A stretch of 64,000 nucleotides of DNA from Clostridia bacterium. Its GTDB lineage: Bacteria; Bacillota; Clostridia; Oscillospirales; Acutalibacteraceae. The stretch is taken from assembly GCA_029098305.1 (NCBI GenBank), contig JAQXOB010000047.1, forward strand, positions 5,101 through 69,100. The letters run 5' to 3'. The notes under the pieces are model-generated. The model ran no database searches, had not been told where the DNA came from, and saw nothing but the letters and a program-made list of their open reading frames with translations. The position numbers and the translations under genes were made by a program. Positions 8,038-17,862 of this stretch are shown here, in pieces; position 1 is the stretch's first letter; every line of letters begins with the position of its first letter.

Positions 8038-10617
8038 ATGAAAAAGATTATTAGTTCAATAATAGCAATATCATTGCTTGCTAATGTTGCTACGGTAGGT
8101 GCATTTGCAAACGAAGGTTTGCAGAAAAGCACACCTGCAAATTCTTATGTTAAAAATGTAGACAAAGCAGATTCAGAACAAGATGATGAGCCGATATCAG
8201 AAAAAAACGATATAATTTATGGTGACTTAAACGGAGATAAAAAGGTTAATTTACAAGATGTTGTTGAGTTGCAAAAATATATTGCGGAGCTTGTAAAGCT
8301 TAGCGAAGACGCTCTAAAAGCATCAGATGTGAATCTCGATAGTAAATTAAATCTTGAAGATGTTACCACTATGCAAAGATATATCGCAGAGCTTATACCT
8401 CAGCTTCCGTATAACAACGGAAGTTCTTCTACAACAGACACAGAAGATACTTCATCTGATGCTGAAAATACAGATACAGAAGATACATTATCTGATAAAG
8501 TAAATACAGATACAGAAGATACTTCATCTGATACTGAAATTACAGATACTGAAAATACAGACACAGAAGATACTTCAGACGATGAAGTTGATTATAAGCT
8601 AAATTCTACACGCCGTTTATTAAGAACGCTAATAGAGACAATACAATCTGAAATAAATGATGAAATAGGCTATTATTACACAGAAGAATCCTATAAGTCA
8701 TTTAAAGAATATTATGATAAAGTGAAGGATTATTGCGATTCATATGATAAAGATGAGTATAAAGATTATGACATTAATCAATTGCTTTCACTCTATGCAC
8801 AGTTAAAATTATTATATGATGATTTAGAGCTTACAAAATTAGGTGAGCTTAGAAGATTGTTAGATGAAATCTATGTTTCTCAGGTATTAAACAATCCTTA
8901 TTGTGAGTACATATCACTACCAATGTATACCGAAGAAGCAATTAAAAATTTAAGTACCCGCTGGAACAAAGCAATGAGTGATTATGGTGCTTTTCAAGAC
9001 GGTAACTATGACGAAGATAAGGTCAACAAGGTTATAGAAGATCTGGAAGATGCTTATTATAATATGGAATATACTCCTCCGGCAGAGCTGTCTATGATGT
9101 TGTCAGATTTGGCAAATGAAACTGAGTGGGGTCACAAATATACAGATGATTCTTTTAAGGTATTTTCTGATACTTACAAAAAAGCTATGGATTTGATAAG
9201 CGATGATTCAAGAATTGTCCCAAGAGAAGAATATGACGCTATGTGGGAAGAATTATCAGAGGCTTACTATGATCTTGAGCCTAGTGCAAAAGGTAGAATT
9301 TCTGATATTTATGGAATGTTCATATACGGAGAAGATGATTTTTGCCATAGTTTCTATACAGAAGAGTCATTAGCGGTGTTAGAAAAATTGTGTTTATTTT
9401 ATAAAGACAATATGAATAAACTAACAGATGAACAGCTTGAAGAATTGGCTGATTCCATGGAGGAAGCATATTACAGCCTTGAACCATCAACATTCTCAAC
9501 AGCATTTGATATGGTTGATTATGGCAGATATACGCTAGATGAGCAGGATTACTATACAATAGAATCATTAGCTGCGTTTAAAACAGCATATTATGCATTG
9601 TATGATTTTATAGTAAATCCAGGCAAATACTCAGATGAAGAAGTAGAAATTTTAATTAGCGATCTTGACGAATGTTTAGGAAATCTTGAAGAAACACCAT
9701 TTGGTTTAATCGATACGTATTCTTCATATTTGCTTGCCTTTAAAGATCTTAACGAAGAAGAAATAGACATGTATACAAAGGATTACATAGAAAAGGTAAA
9801 CACTCTTACTGAAAAAATTGAAGCATACCTTGATGATCCTAGTAGTGTAAGCAAAGAAGATGAGAAAAAGCTTGCAGATGCTCTAGTAGAACTTATAGAC
9901 AATGAGGAATATTCACCATACGGTAATCTTTACAATGTACTCTCATATGTTGAAGGGTATATTCTTGACGAAAGTGAATCTAGTATTTACACAGAAGAAT
10001 CATATAAAAAGCTATGCGACTTATTTGAAGAAGCAAGCGGTATGATTTCAGATTATAAAAACTATACAGACGAACAGCTCACAGAAATGGAAGAAAAATT
10101 GCTCGAAGCTGTTGATAATCTTGAAGTTACACCAATAGGCAACTTGATGCAGCTTTGTTTTGCAGGCAATATGCTGATTGGTATGAACGCAATTGAGCCC
10201 ATTTGTGTAGAAGAATCTATGGAAAAGCTTATTGAGGTTCTTGAAGAAGCAGAAGAGTATCTAAACGGTGAATCCGAAATTACAGATGAAAAAACATCTG
10301 AGTTTGTAGAAAAAATAGAAGCTGCCATAAATGAAGTTGAATTTACAATGGAGTATGCACTTGCCATTGCACAAGAGTTTATTGATTCTGTTGAAGAGCA
10401 TTATGAAATAATGAAAGAAAGCGACTCTACAGAGTGGGTAGAAGCTTTTGATAAGCTAAAGGCTTTGCTTGAAGATCCTGAAAACACCACAAGCAGAGAG
10501 ATTATTGAGCTTGTAGATATTCTATATAACCTTACACAAGAATCAGGAATACTCGAAAATCTCACCGATTATACACCGGACAAAGCAATCGTTGAATTAA
10601 ACAAATTAGATTTGTAA
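8038..10617 (+). CDS. Secreted acidic protein with N-terminal dockerin, TD-rich linker and ~8-10 FIVAR-like helical repeats
   Basis: Signal peptide ...VGAFA. The dockerin (GDLNGDKKVNLQDVVELQKYIAEL and SDVNLDSKLNLEDVTTMQRYIAEL) follows the signal peptide directly. A repeating unit YT[ED]ES[YFL]K...(about 35 aa)...EEAYY.LEP[ST] recurs through the remainder. Confidence 0.85.
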   Translation: MKKIISSIIAISLLANVATVGAFANEGLQKSTPANSYVKNVDKADSEQDDEPISEKNDIIYGDLNGDKKVNLQDVVELQKYIAELVKLSEDALKASDVNLDSKLNLEDVTTMQRYIAELIPQLPYNNGSSSTTDTEDTSSDAENTDTEDTLSDKVNTDTEDTSSDTEITDTENTDTEDTSDDEVDYKLNSTRRLLRTLIETIQSEINDEIGYYYTEESYKSFKEYYDKVKDYCDSYDKDEYKDYDINQLLSLYAQLKLLYDDLELTKLGELRRLLDEIYVSQVLNNPYCEYISLPMYTEEAIKNLSTRWNKAMSDYGAFQDGNYDEDKVNKVIEDLEDAYYNMEYTPPAELSMMLSDLANETEWGHKYTDDSFKVFSDTYKKAMDLISDDSRIVPREEYDAMWEELSEAYYDLEPSAKGRISDIYGMFIYGEDDFCHSFYTEESLAVLEKLCLFYKDNMNKLTDEQLEELADSMEEAYYSLEPSTFSTAFDMVDYGRYTLDEQDYYTIESLAAFKTAYYALYDFIVNPGKYSDEEVEILISDLDECLGNLEETPFGLIDTYSSYLLAFKDLNEEEIDMYTKDYIEKVNTLTEKIEAYLDDPSSVSKEDEKKLADALVELIDNEEYSPYGNLYNVLSYVEGYILDESESSIYTEESYKKLCDLFEEASGMISDYKNYTDEQLTEMEEKLLEAVDNLEVTPIGNLMQLCFAGNMLIGMNAIEPICVEESMEKLIEVLEEAEEYLNGESEITDEKTSEFVEKIEAAINEVEFTMEYALAIAQEFIDSVEEHYEIMKESDSTEWVEAFDKLKALLEDPENTTSREIIELVDILYNLTQESGILENLTDYTPDKAIVELNKLDL
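8431..8590 (+). repeat. In-frame Thr/Asp/Glu/Ser linker containing a 36-nt tandem repeat
   Basis: aatacagatacagaagatac recurs at 8467 and 8503. Encodes TDTEDTSSD-type units. Confidence 0.85.
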
Positions 10618-10651
10618 GCTATTTGATCTATACAAGGTAAACAGTAAAAAC

Positions 10652-10692
10652 AAACTCTCCTATGCGATAATTCTTCGTATAGGAGAGTTTTT
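10652..10692 (+). terminator. Rho-independent terminator
   Basis: aaactctcctat / ataggagagttt 12-bp stem with a T-run. Confidence 0.7.
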
Positions 10693-10699
10693 GACTAAC

Positions 10700-10741
10700 A
10701 AAAAGACTTAAAGATGTTTTATGCATCTTTAAGTCTTTTTT
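10700..10741. terminator. Bidirectional hairpin terminator between convergent genes
   Basis: agacttaaagatg / catctttaagtct 13-bp stem flanked by an A-run and a T-run. Serves ackA on the minus strand. Confidence 0.7.
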
Positions 10742-10759
10742 ATTGTTAAGTTAATAATA

Positions 10760-11965
10760 TTACATATTCTCTACGATTTCCTTTGTATCTCTTGCGATAA
10801 CAAGTTCTTCGTTAGTAGGAATAACAAATACTCTGATCTTAGAATCAGGAGTAGATATCTCGTCACACTTACCTCTGATAGCTGCTTCGTTTTTAGCATC
10901 GTCTATCTTCACGCCGAAGCATGATAAATATTCGCAGATTGCCTTTCTGTGTGAAGCCTGATTTTCGCCTAGTCCTGCTGTGAACACCATAACATCGCAT
11001 CCACCCAAAGCTACATAATATCCGCCGATAAACTTGGAAATCTGATATCGGAGCATTTCATGAGCAAGCTTTGCTCTCTCGTTGCCTTCTGCAGCAGCCT
11101 TTGTAACATCTCTATCATCACTGCCAACGCCTGAGATACCGAGCAAGCCTGATTGTTTGTTGAGCAACTGGCTCATCTCACTTGGAGAAATGTTGTCTAG
11201 CTCTGCCATGTATGTAACAACAGATGGATCAAGAGTTCCTGAACGGCTACCCATCATAAATCCATCAAGAGGAGTGAGGCCCATGCTTGTGTCGATAACC
11301 TTGCCATCCTTAATAGCTGTGATAGAGGAACCATTACCCAAGTGACAGCTGATCATCTTTAGATCCTTAAGATCCTTACCCATAAATTCTGCACACTTAG
11401 AGCTAACATATCTGTGTGATGTACCGTGGAAGCCATATCTACGAATCTTGTTCTCCTCATAATATTTGTAAGGAATTGCATACATATAAGCCTTTGGTGG
11501 CATTGTAGAATGGAAAGCTGTGTCGAAAACAACAACCTCCGGAATATCTTTGCCAAATGCCTCTTGACAAGCATTAATAGCCTGAAGATGACCCTTATTG
11601 TGAAGTGGTGCAAGCGGAATGAGAGATGCTATACCCTCTTTTACCTTTTCGTCTACAAGCACAGACTTGCTAAAGATAGCTCCACCCTGCACGATTCTGT
11701 GGCCTACAGCAGAAATCTCGTCAAGGCTCTCTATAACACCAACCTCTTTATCAAGAAGTGCTGCCTTAACCTGATTAAATGCAGCTGTGTGGTCCGGCAT
11801 ATCTACATTTATTTCTTTAACACGGCCATCAGCTGTCTTGTGACCAAAAAGTCCATCTATACCAATTCTTTCGCAGTTTCCCTTTGCAAGAACAGACTCA
11901 TCTTCCATATTTATCAACTGATACTTAAGTGAAGAGCTGCCTGCGTTAATAACTAAAATTTTCAT
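10760..11965 (-). CDS. ackA: Acetate kinase
   Basis: MKILVINAGSSSLKYQL N-terminus, plus HRIVQGG, GFHGTSH and the TNEE C-terminal motif. Start moved to the MKILV ATG at 11965. Confidence 0.95.
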   Translation of the reverse strand: MKILVINAGSSSLKYQLINMEDESVLAKGNCERIGIDGLFGHKTADGRVKEINVDMPDHTAAFNQVKAALLDKEVGVIESLDEISAVGHRIVQGGAIFSKSVLVDEKVKEGIASLIPLAPLHNKGHLQAINACQEAFGKDIPEVVVFDTAFHSTMPPKAYMYAIPYKYYEENKIRRYGFHGTSHRYVSSKCAEFMGKDLKDLKMISCHLGNGSSITAIKDGKVIDTSMGLTPLDGFMMGSRSGTLDPSVVTYMAELDNISPSEMSQLLNKQSGLLGISGVGSDDRDVTKAAAEGNERAKLAHEMLRYQISKFIGGYYVALGGCDVMVFTAGLGENQASHRKAICEYLSCFGVKIDDAKNEAAIRGKCDEISTPDSKIRVFVIPTNEELVIARDTKEIVENM

Positions 11966-12123
11966 ATCATTCGCATATCGAAAAATAATTCCGACACACA
12001 ATCCTCCTTATCCAATTTATTTTTGCGTATTGCGTATTTTTCACACATAATATATAATAGTACAATACAGAGAAAATTTCAACTGTTTTTTCTACTAATA
12101 ATCAACTTGAGGTGCAAAAGAAG

Positions 12124-13308
12124 ATGAAATCAGCCGCTGTTATATGTGAATTTAACCCCTTGCATAAAGGGCATAAATTTTTGATAGACTCGATGCGCCA
12201 AAATGGCATAACTCATATCGTGGGGATAATGAGTGGCAACTTTGTGCAAAGGGGCGACTGTGCTGTGATGAATAAATTTCGCAGGGCAGAATGTGCCATA
12301 CGAAACGGAGTAGATATGGTGGTGGAGTTACCGGTGATGAGGGTGCTATCATCAGCAGAAGGCTTTGCAGATGGTGGAGTAGCACTTGCCGGTGCATTAG
12401 GCTGTGACGAGCTGTGGTTTGGTAGCGAGAGTAATGATATAGGTGTGCTGAGAAAACTGATTGAAATCCAAAACGATAAAAATGTAAAAAAATATATGGA
12501 ACAAGAGTTAAAAAAAGGAGTTTCCACTGCAAAAGCCCTTGGCAACTCTATAGCGTTCCTTTATGGCGAAAAGCTTAGTAACATACTAATGTCGCCTAAT
12601 AACATATTGGGTATAGAATATCTCAAAGCGTTAGACAGACAAAAATCAAGAGTGGTTCCAAAAACAATAAAACGCATAGCTGTGCAACACGACAGCATGA
12701 TTATATCAAACGGCTTTGCAAGTGCCAGCTGTATCAGAAGCAATATCGAAAACGACAATCTCAAATCATGTGCCGGGTTTATGGATGCATATAGCTATGG
12801 AATTCTAAGCAATGAGATCGAAAAAAAATATGCACCTGCAAATATAAAAAATGGTGAGAGAGCCATCCTTGCTGTGTTACGCAACATGACGAGAGAGGAT
12901 TTTGCAATGATTGCAGATGTAAACGAAGGCTTGGAAAACAGAATTTTCGAGGCTGTGCAAAACCTCTGCACCTTAGAAGAAATCACATCATATATCAAGA
13001 GCAAAAGATACACATTGGCTAGAGTACGCAGAATAATAATGTGCTCATATCTCGGCATAACAAAAACATTGCAGAAAAAACCTATCTCATATATCAGGCC
13101 TTTATGCTTTAATAATCAAGGAACAAGGTTTTTGTCAAGGAACACAAAATTGCCTATAATCACCTCCACCACAAGATCTGAGAATATTCTATCTGATGAT
13201 GCCTCCGAGCTTCTAAAGCTAGAGATAAAGGCATCAGAATTATGGGGACTACTCACACCGAATATTTATCCCTGTATGAGCGATCGACGCAATTTTTTAA
13301 AGAAATAA
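12124..13308 (+). CDS. tmcAL: tRNA(Met) cytidine acetate ligase (YlbM/UPF0348 nucleotidyltransferase)
   Basis: AAVICEFNPLHKGHKFLI...IMSGNFVQRGDCAV...VDMVVELP parallels B. subtilis YlbM/TmcAL (EYNPFHNGH...MSG.F.QRGEPA). GAGGTG SD lies before ATG 12124. Confidence 0.85.
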   Translation: MKSAAVICEFNPLHKGHKFLIDSMRQNGITHIVGIMSGNFVQRGDCAVMNKFRRAECAIRNGVDMVVELPVMRVLSSAEGFADGGVALAGALGCDELWFGSESNDIGVLRKLIEIQNDKNVKKYMEQELKKGVSTAKALGNSIAFLYGEKLSNILMSPNNILGIEYLKALDRQKSRVVPKTIKRIAVQHDSMIISNGFASASCIRSNIENDNLKSCAGFMDAYSYGILSNEIEKKYAPANIKNGERAILAVLRNMTREDFAMIADVNEGLENRIFEAVQNLCTLEEITSYIKSKRYTLARVRRIIMCSYLGITKTLQKKPISYIRPLCFNNQGTRFLSRNTKLPIITSTTRSENILSDDASELLKLEIKASELWGLLTPNIYPCMSDRRNFLKK

Positions 13309-13415
13309 AAACACAGATTGTTAACAAAAAATGTTAAATTTGTATTGAAACTCCAACAAATTAATGTTATAATAGTTATATAATTTTGTAGATTAATCAC
13401 AAGGAGAGATTTATA

Positions 13416-14615
13416 ATGAAATATTCTTTTTCACCTGCAAAAATTTTATTACCAAAGGGCAATTATGAGAAATGGGCTGTTATAGCTTGTGATCAATACA
13501 CCTCTGAGCAAAAATACTGGGATGAGGTAGAAAACATTGTTGGTGATGCACCATCTACATTACGCATCACACTGCCTGAGATTTATCTTGAAGGTGAAAT
13601 AGAAGAACGCATTAAAAACATAAACAAAACCATGATTGACTACATAAACAGCGGTGTTCTCGAAGAACATGACAACGCACTGATGTATGTAGAGAGAGCA
13701 TCATCTAATGGTAAAATACGCCATGGCATCGTAGGCATTATTGATCTTGAAGATTATGACTATCACAAAGGTAGCCATGCGCTTATACGTGCCACAGAGC
13801 AAACTGTTATAGAAAGAATTCCTCCACGTGTAAAGATTAGAAAAGATGCAGTGCTTGAGCTTCCTCATGTTATGCTCCTTATTGATGATCCTAAGCTTAG
13901 TGTAATTGAGCCATTAAAAGATAAAAAATCTGATTTTGTAAAAGCATATGATTTTGATCTAATGCAGGGTGGCGGTCACATTGAGGGATACCTCACAGAC
14001 GAAGCCACACAAAAGCAGATCGGCGAAGCTCTTAATGCATTGGTAGCAGATAAAGAAGATAAGCTTATGTTTGCTGTAGGCGATGGCAATCATTCTTTGG
14101 CAACTGCAAAAGAATGCTACAACCTCAATAAATCACCTGAAGCAAGATATGCGCTTGTTGAGGTAGTGAATATTCACGATGCATCTATCGAGTTTGAGCC
14201 TATATACCGTGTATTGTTCAACGTAGATTGTGAAAAAGTAATAGCAGATATAAAAGAAGCTCTTGGCGATGGATATTCCGGTGCAGATGCTCAAATAATA
14301 GATTATGTATCAAAGTCAATCAATGGCAAAATGAGCGTGAAACCTTCATCAAAGCTCCCTGTAGGCACGCTTCAGGCTTTCCTCGATGATTATCTCAAGT
14401 CACATCCGGAAATCAAGATAGACTATATTCATGGTGAAGACAGCGTGGCAGAGCTATGCAAACAAGATAACACTATTGGTTTTATCTTCAAAGGTATGCA
14501 GAAGGATGAGCTTTTCGATGCAATCAAGGCAGACGGCTCATTACCGAGAAAAACATTTTCTATGGGCCATGCTTACGACAAGAGATATTATATCGAGTGT
14601 CGCAAGATAAAATAA
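13416..14615 (+). CDS. DUF1015-like protein
   Basis: Length of ~400 aa and the GDGNHSLATAK segment (compare ADGHHR) resemble the DUF1015 family as I recall it. The assignment is not certain. Confidence 0.5.
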   Translation: MKYSFSPAKILLPKGNYEKWAVIACDQYTSEQKYWDEVENIVGDAPSTLRITLPEIYLEGEIEERIKNINKTMIDYINSGVLEEHDNALMYVERASSNGKIRHGIVGIIDLEDYDYHKGSHALIRATEQTVIERIPPRVKIRKDAVLELPHVMLLIDDPKLSVIEPLKDKKSDFVKAYDFDLMQGGGHIEGYLTDEATQKQIGEALNALVADKEDKLMFAVGDGNHSLATAKECYNLNKSPEARYALVEVVNIHDASIEFEPIYRVLFNVDCEKVIADIKEALGDGYSGADAQIIDYVSKSINGKMSVKPSSKLPVGTLQAFLDDYLKSHPEIKIDYIHGEDSVAELCKQDNTIGFIFKGMQKDELFDAIKADGSLPRKTFSMGHAYDKRYYIECRKIK

Positions 14616-14628
14616 GGAAGTGAAATAA

Positions 14629-15282
14629 ATGGATCCTAAAATTTTAAGAACGATAAATTATGGAATATATGCAGTAGGTGTTAAAGGCGATAACTATCCA
14701 TCCGCCTGCATAGTGAACACTGTATCACAAATAACAGCCTCTCCCCTGATGATCTCTTTAAGTGTGAATCGTGATAATTACACTAACGAGATGATAAAAA
14801 AACACGGTATCTTTTCTGTTTCTGTGCTATCCGAAAACACCTCAGGCACAGTGGTTGGAGCATTGGGCTTCACATCAGGCAGAGAAACTGACAAACTAAA
14901 AAATATAGGCTACAAGGTTCTCCGTGAGGGTGTACCTGTGCTTAGAGAAAACATATGTTGCTGGTTTTTGTGCAAGGTTGTCAGTAGCGTAGAAGCACAC
15001 ACTCACACCGTTTTTATAGCCGAGGTAATCGCAGGCAGCGATGAATACAAAGGCACGCCAATGACATACAGCTACTATCATCACGTTATTAAAGGTCGTG
15101 CTCCTGCAAATGCTCCTACCTTCCTCATCCAAAAGGAAGACACTTTTTCCCTTGCAGAAAAATACACATGCAAAATATGCGGATATGTTTATAGCAATTC
15201 TAACAAACCTTTTGACCAGCTTAACGAAGACTGGAACTGCCCTGTGTGTCGTGCATCAAAAGATGCTTTTGTGAAAAACTAG
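14629..15282 (+). CDS. Flavin reductase domain fused to rubredoxin (high-molecular-weight rubredoxin type)
   Basis: N-terminal flavin-reductase-like domain. C-terminal CKICGYVY...[14 protein letters not shown] gives the two CxxC pairs of rubredoxin. Confidence 0.85.
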   Translation: MDPKILRTINYGIYAVGVKGDNYPSACIVNTVSQITASPLMISLSVNRDNYTNEMIKKHGIFSVSVLSENTSGTVVGALGFTSGRETDKLKNIGYKVLREGVPVLRENICCWFLCKVVSSVEAHTHTVFIAEVIAGSDEYKGTPMTYSYYHHVIKGRAPANAPTFLIQKEDTFSLAEKYTCKICGYVYSNSNKPFDQLNEDWNCPVCRASKDAFVKN

Positions 15283-15362
15283 TATAATATTATATACGTA
15301 AATAGAAAGGCGATATGAAATCCATTTGGAAATCATTTCGCCTTTTGTTTTGTCTTATTAAG

Positions 15363-15677
15363 TTACTTTTGATTGTCATTGTTTTCAGCAGGCTTCTGAA
15401 GTCTTTTTCTTTTCTCAATAGTTTTTGTCATTTTTATTATGGTGTAGATCACACCTGCAGAAACTATTATAGCTAAAATACTTCTGATTATATCCATCAC
15501 AATATTGTCAGGCCATATTCCCGAAACAATGTAGTTCACCATAGACCACACGCCTTCTAAGTAAAAAGCACCGCCTAAAAATCCGGTAGGAAACATTCTT
15601 CTAATATTTGGCTTGAGCAAAAAGAAACCTGCCACAAAGCACAAAAGAACTTCGATAACTACTAATACAAAATTCAT
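15363..15677 (-). CDS. Hypothetical small membrane protein
   Basis: Three hydrophobic segments and a basic C-terminus. GGAGG-like SD (ggaggcgat) lies upstream. Confidence 0.55.
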   Translation of the reverse strand: MNFVLVVIEVLLCFVAGFFLLKPNIRRMFPTGFLGGAFYLEGVWSMVNYIVSGIWPDNIVMDIIRSILAIIVSAGVIYTIIKMTKTIEKRKRLQKPAENNDNQK

Positions 15678-15765
15678 AAAATCGCCTCCAATAGAACTTT
15701 TTGGTTCAATCTTGTATTATCATAAATAAATTTTACAGATAAGTCAACATAAAACTGCAAATATT

Positions 15766-16722
15766 TCAATTAACCTTATTTACGATTTTACCTTCAATAA
15801 AGCCCTTGATATTGTTGTAAACTATATTTATCAGGCGTTCTCTTGTTTCTATAGGAGCCCAAGCTACATGAGGAGTAAATATTATATTTTTAGCGTTTTT
15901 AAGTGGACAATCACTTGCCATAGGCTCTTTTTGAAGAACATCCACAGCCGCACCGGCAATCGCACCGCTATTAAGAGCATCCGCAAGTGCTTGTTCGTTA
16001 ACAGTGCCACCACGTGATGTATTTATAAAAATGCAGTTGCTTTTGCACTTTTCAAACGCCTGCTTGTTAAACACCTCTTTGGTGTCATCAGTAAGTGGGC
16101 AATGCACGGTAATAAAATCTGAGCGAGTAAGAAGCTCGTCAAATTCCACATATTCAACATCGTTATCTTTTATAGTTCTTGTTGTTGCAATCACGTTCAT
16201 TCCAAATGCTTTGGCAATGCGTGCAACTCTTCTGCCGATGCTTCCAAATCCAAAAATACCTATTGTTTTACCTTCAAGTTCTTGCATAGAGTTATCTAAT
16301 ATGCAAAATATATCACTGTTTTCCCATTTTCCATCTTTCACACGCTTGTCAAATGATGCCACATTATTTGTATAATAAAGTATATAAGCAAATACTTGTT
16401 GTGCAACACTCGATGTGGAATATTCGCCAGCATTACACACTGTTATACCTCTTTCACTTGCTGCTTTGATATCAATATTATTGTAGCCTGTTGCCAGCAA
16501 GGTGATTAGCTTTAGATTTGGCATTTTGCTGATTGTATCGGCAGTGATGACCGTTTTGTTGCATACGAGTATATCAGCATCAGTAGCATGACTCGCCACA
16601 AGGCTTGAATCAAGATTGTCAAACATAACAACCTCGCCAAAATCTTTAAATCTGTCTAATAGGGTGCAATCACCTGATGTTACTGTTTTTGTATCTGTAA
16701 AAACAATTTTTATTCTATTCAT
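15766..16722 (-). CDS. D-isomer-specific 2-hydroxyacid dehydrogenase (glycerate/hydroxypyruvate reductase type)
   Basis: NAD-binding GIFGFGSIGRRVARIAKAFGMNV. Catalytic-region motifs ...NTSRGG...D and ...TPHVAW. Confidence 0.9.
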   Translation of the reverse strand: MNRIKIVFTDTKTVTSGDCTLLDRFKDFGEVVMFDNLDSSLVASHATDADILVCNKTVITADTISKMPNLKLITLLATGYNNIDIKAASERGITVCNAGEYSTSSVAQQVFAYILYYTNNVASFDKRVKDGKWENSDIFCILDNSMQELEGKTIGIFGFGSIGRRVARIAKAFGMNVIATTRTIKDNDVEYVEFDELLTRSDFITVHCPLTDDTKEVFNKQAFEKCKSNCIFINTSRGGTVNEQALADALNSGAIAGAAVDVLQKEPMASDCPLKNAKNIIFTPHVAWAPIETRERLINIVYNNIKGFIEGKIVNKVN

Positions 16723-16921
16723 AGTTATTCTTTTCCTTTCATAACGATTATAAATGTTATTATTGTATTGTTGTATTGCACAAAAAAACCTGCATTAGCC
16801 TAAAAAAATGTTTAAATAAACAATTTTTCTGTCACAGGTTTGACATTAACGGCGTTTGGTTATATAATAGCCGTGCTGTTGATTAATAAACAAGTATCAA
16901 ATTGAAAGAAGGTTCTAAAAA

Positions 16922-17209
16922 ATGCCAAAAGCAAAAAAGACAGACTCTACAGTAGCTAATGAAGTAGCAGTAGCAACTACCGCAAAAAAAACTACAAGAA
17001 AGCCATCAGCCAAGGTTGAATTGTTTATCGAGCACAATGGTATTCAGGCTTCAACAGATGTTATTGCAAAGAAAATTAAGGCTGCATATGCCGAAAAAGA
17101 AGGTGCAACTGTTGTTAAAACATTAAAAATTTATGTAAAGCCAGAAGAGAACACAGCATATTATGTTGTTAATGGTGAAGAAGAGTGCAAACTCGAAGGA
17201 ATATTCTGA
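16922..17209 (+). CDS. Hypothetical small protein (Lys/Thr-rich N-terminus)
   Basis: Clean 95-codon ORF with the SD-like gaaagaagg upstream and a terminator downstream. No domain recognised with confidence. Confidence 0.6.
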   Translation: MPKAKKTDSTVANEVAVATTAKKTTRKPSAKVELFIEHNGIQASTDVIAKKIKAAYAEKEGATVVKTLKIYVKPEENTAYYVVNGEEECKLEGIF

Positions 17210-17250
17210 TAATATTCTTATTCAAATAGCTTATATATCTCTTTAGAGTT

Positions 17251-17277
17251 ATCGCCGAAGTTTTTCGGCGATTTTTC
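17251..17277 (+). terminator. Rho-independent terminator
   Basis: atcgccgaa / ttcggcgat 9-bp GC-rich stem followed by TTTTT. Confidence 0.8.
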
Positions 17278-17558
17278 TTTTTCGCTTATATTACAAATCC
17301 ACATTCATAACAATATAAATTATTTAAAATATAAGGATTTTTGGAAAACATATTACCAAATATTATTTCTAAGCTATGACTATTATTCACATATGATATA
17401 TTACGCTATTTTGCTCGTTTAGTCAATGCTTTTCTGTCTTATACAGCCACTAACAATACCAACATCTTTCGTGTAAAAAACGCTTTACAATGCTGATAGC
17501 TTGTGATAGAATATGTATGTGTTATATTAAACATATTATTTTATGGAGGTATAATTTT

Positions 17559-17813
17559 ATGAAAAAAATATTAGCAGCCTTGGGAGCATGTACATTAATT
17601 TTTACCACTATGGCAACATCTTATGCTCTCGATCCTATCGTTAGTCCTGTTGCTCCGGTGTATTCTGACTCTGATTCAGCAACAGACTCAGACACACATA
17701 CAAATACATCACCTAACGCACCAATAACAGGTGACATTACACCTGTGCTTCTGCTTCTTGCAGGTGGCTCTGCTGTGTGTGCATTGGTTAGCAGAAAAAA
17801 AGCTGACAAATAA
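17559..17813 (+). CDS. Minimal sortase substrate: 84-aa secreted Asp/Ser/Thr-rich protein with APITG cell-wall sorting signal
   Basis: GGAGG lies 9 nt before ATG 17559. Signal peptide MKKILAALGACTLIFTTMATSYA. C-terminus is SPNAPITGD, then the hydrophobic ITPVLLLLAGGSAVCALV, then the basic tail SRKKADK. Confidence 0.8.
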   Translation: MKKILAALGACTLIFTTMATSYALDPIVSPVAPVYSDSDSATDSDTHTNTSPNAPITGDITPVLLLLAGGSAVCALVSRKKADK

Positions 17814-17862
17814 CACATTTTTTTAATCAAAAGGTTTATTTTCCTGAAGGGATGTAATTTTA

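Noticed and set aside
11426-11932. 168-aa plus-strand ORF, and other ORFs antisense to ackA and tmcAL (11082-11345, 11359-11613, 12152-12545, 12561-13058)
   Set aside because: They overlap confidently identified housekeeping genes. Their translations are low-complexity or Cys/Leu-rich, and they have no SDs.
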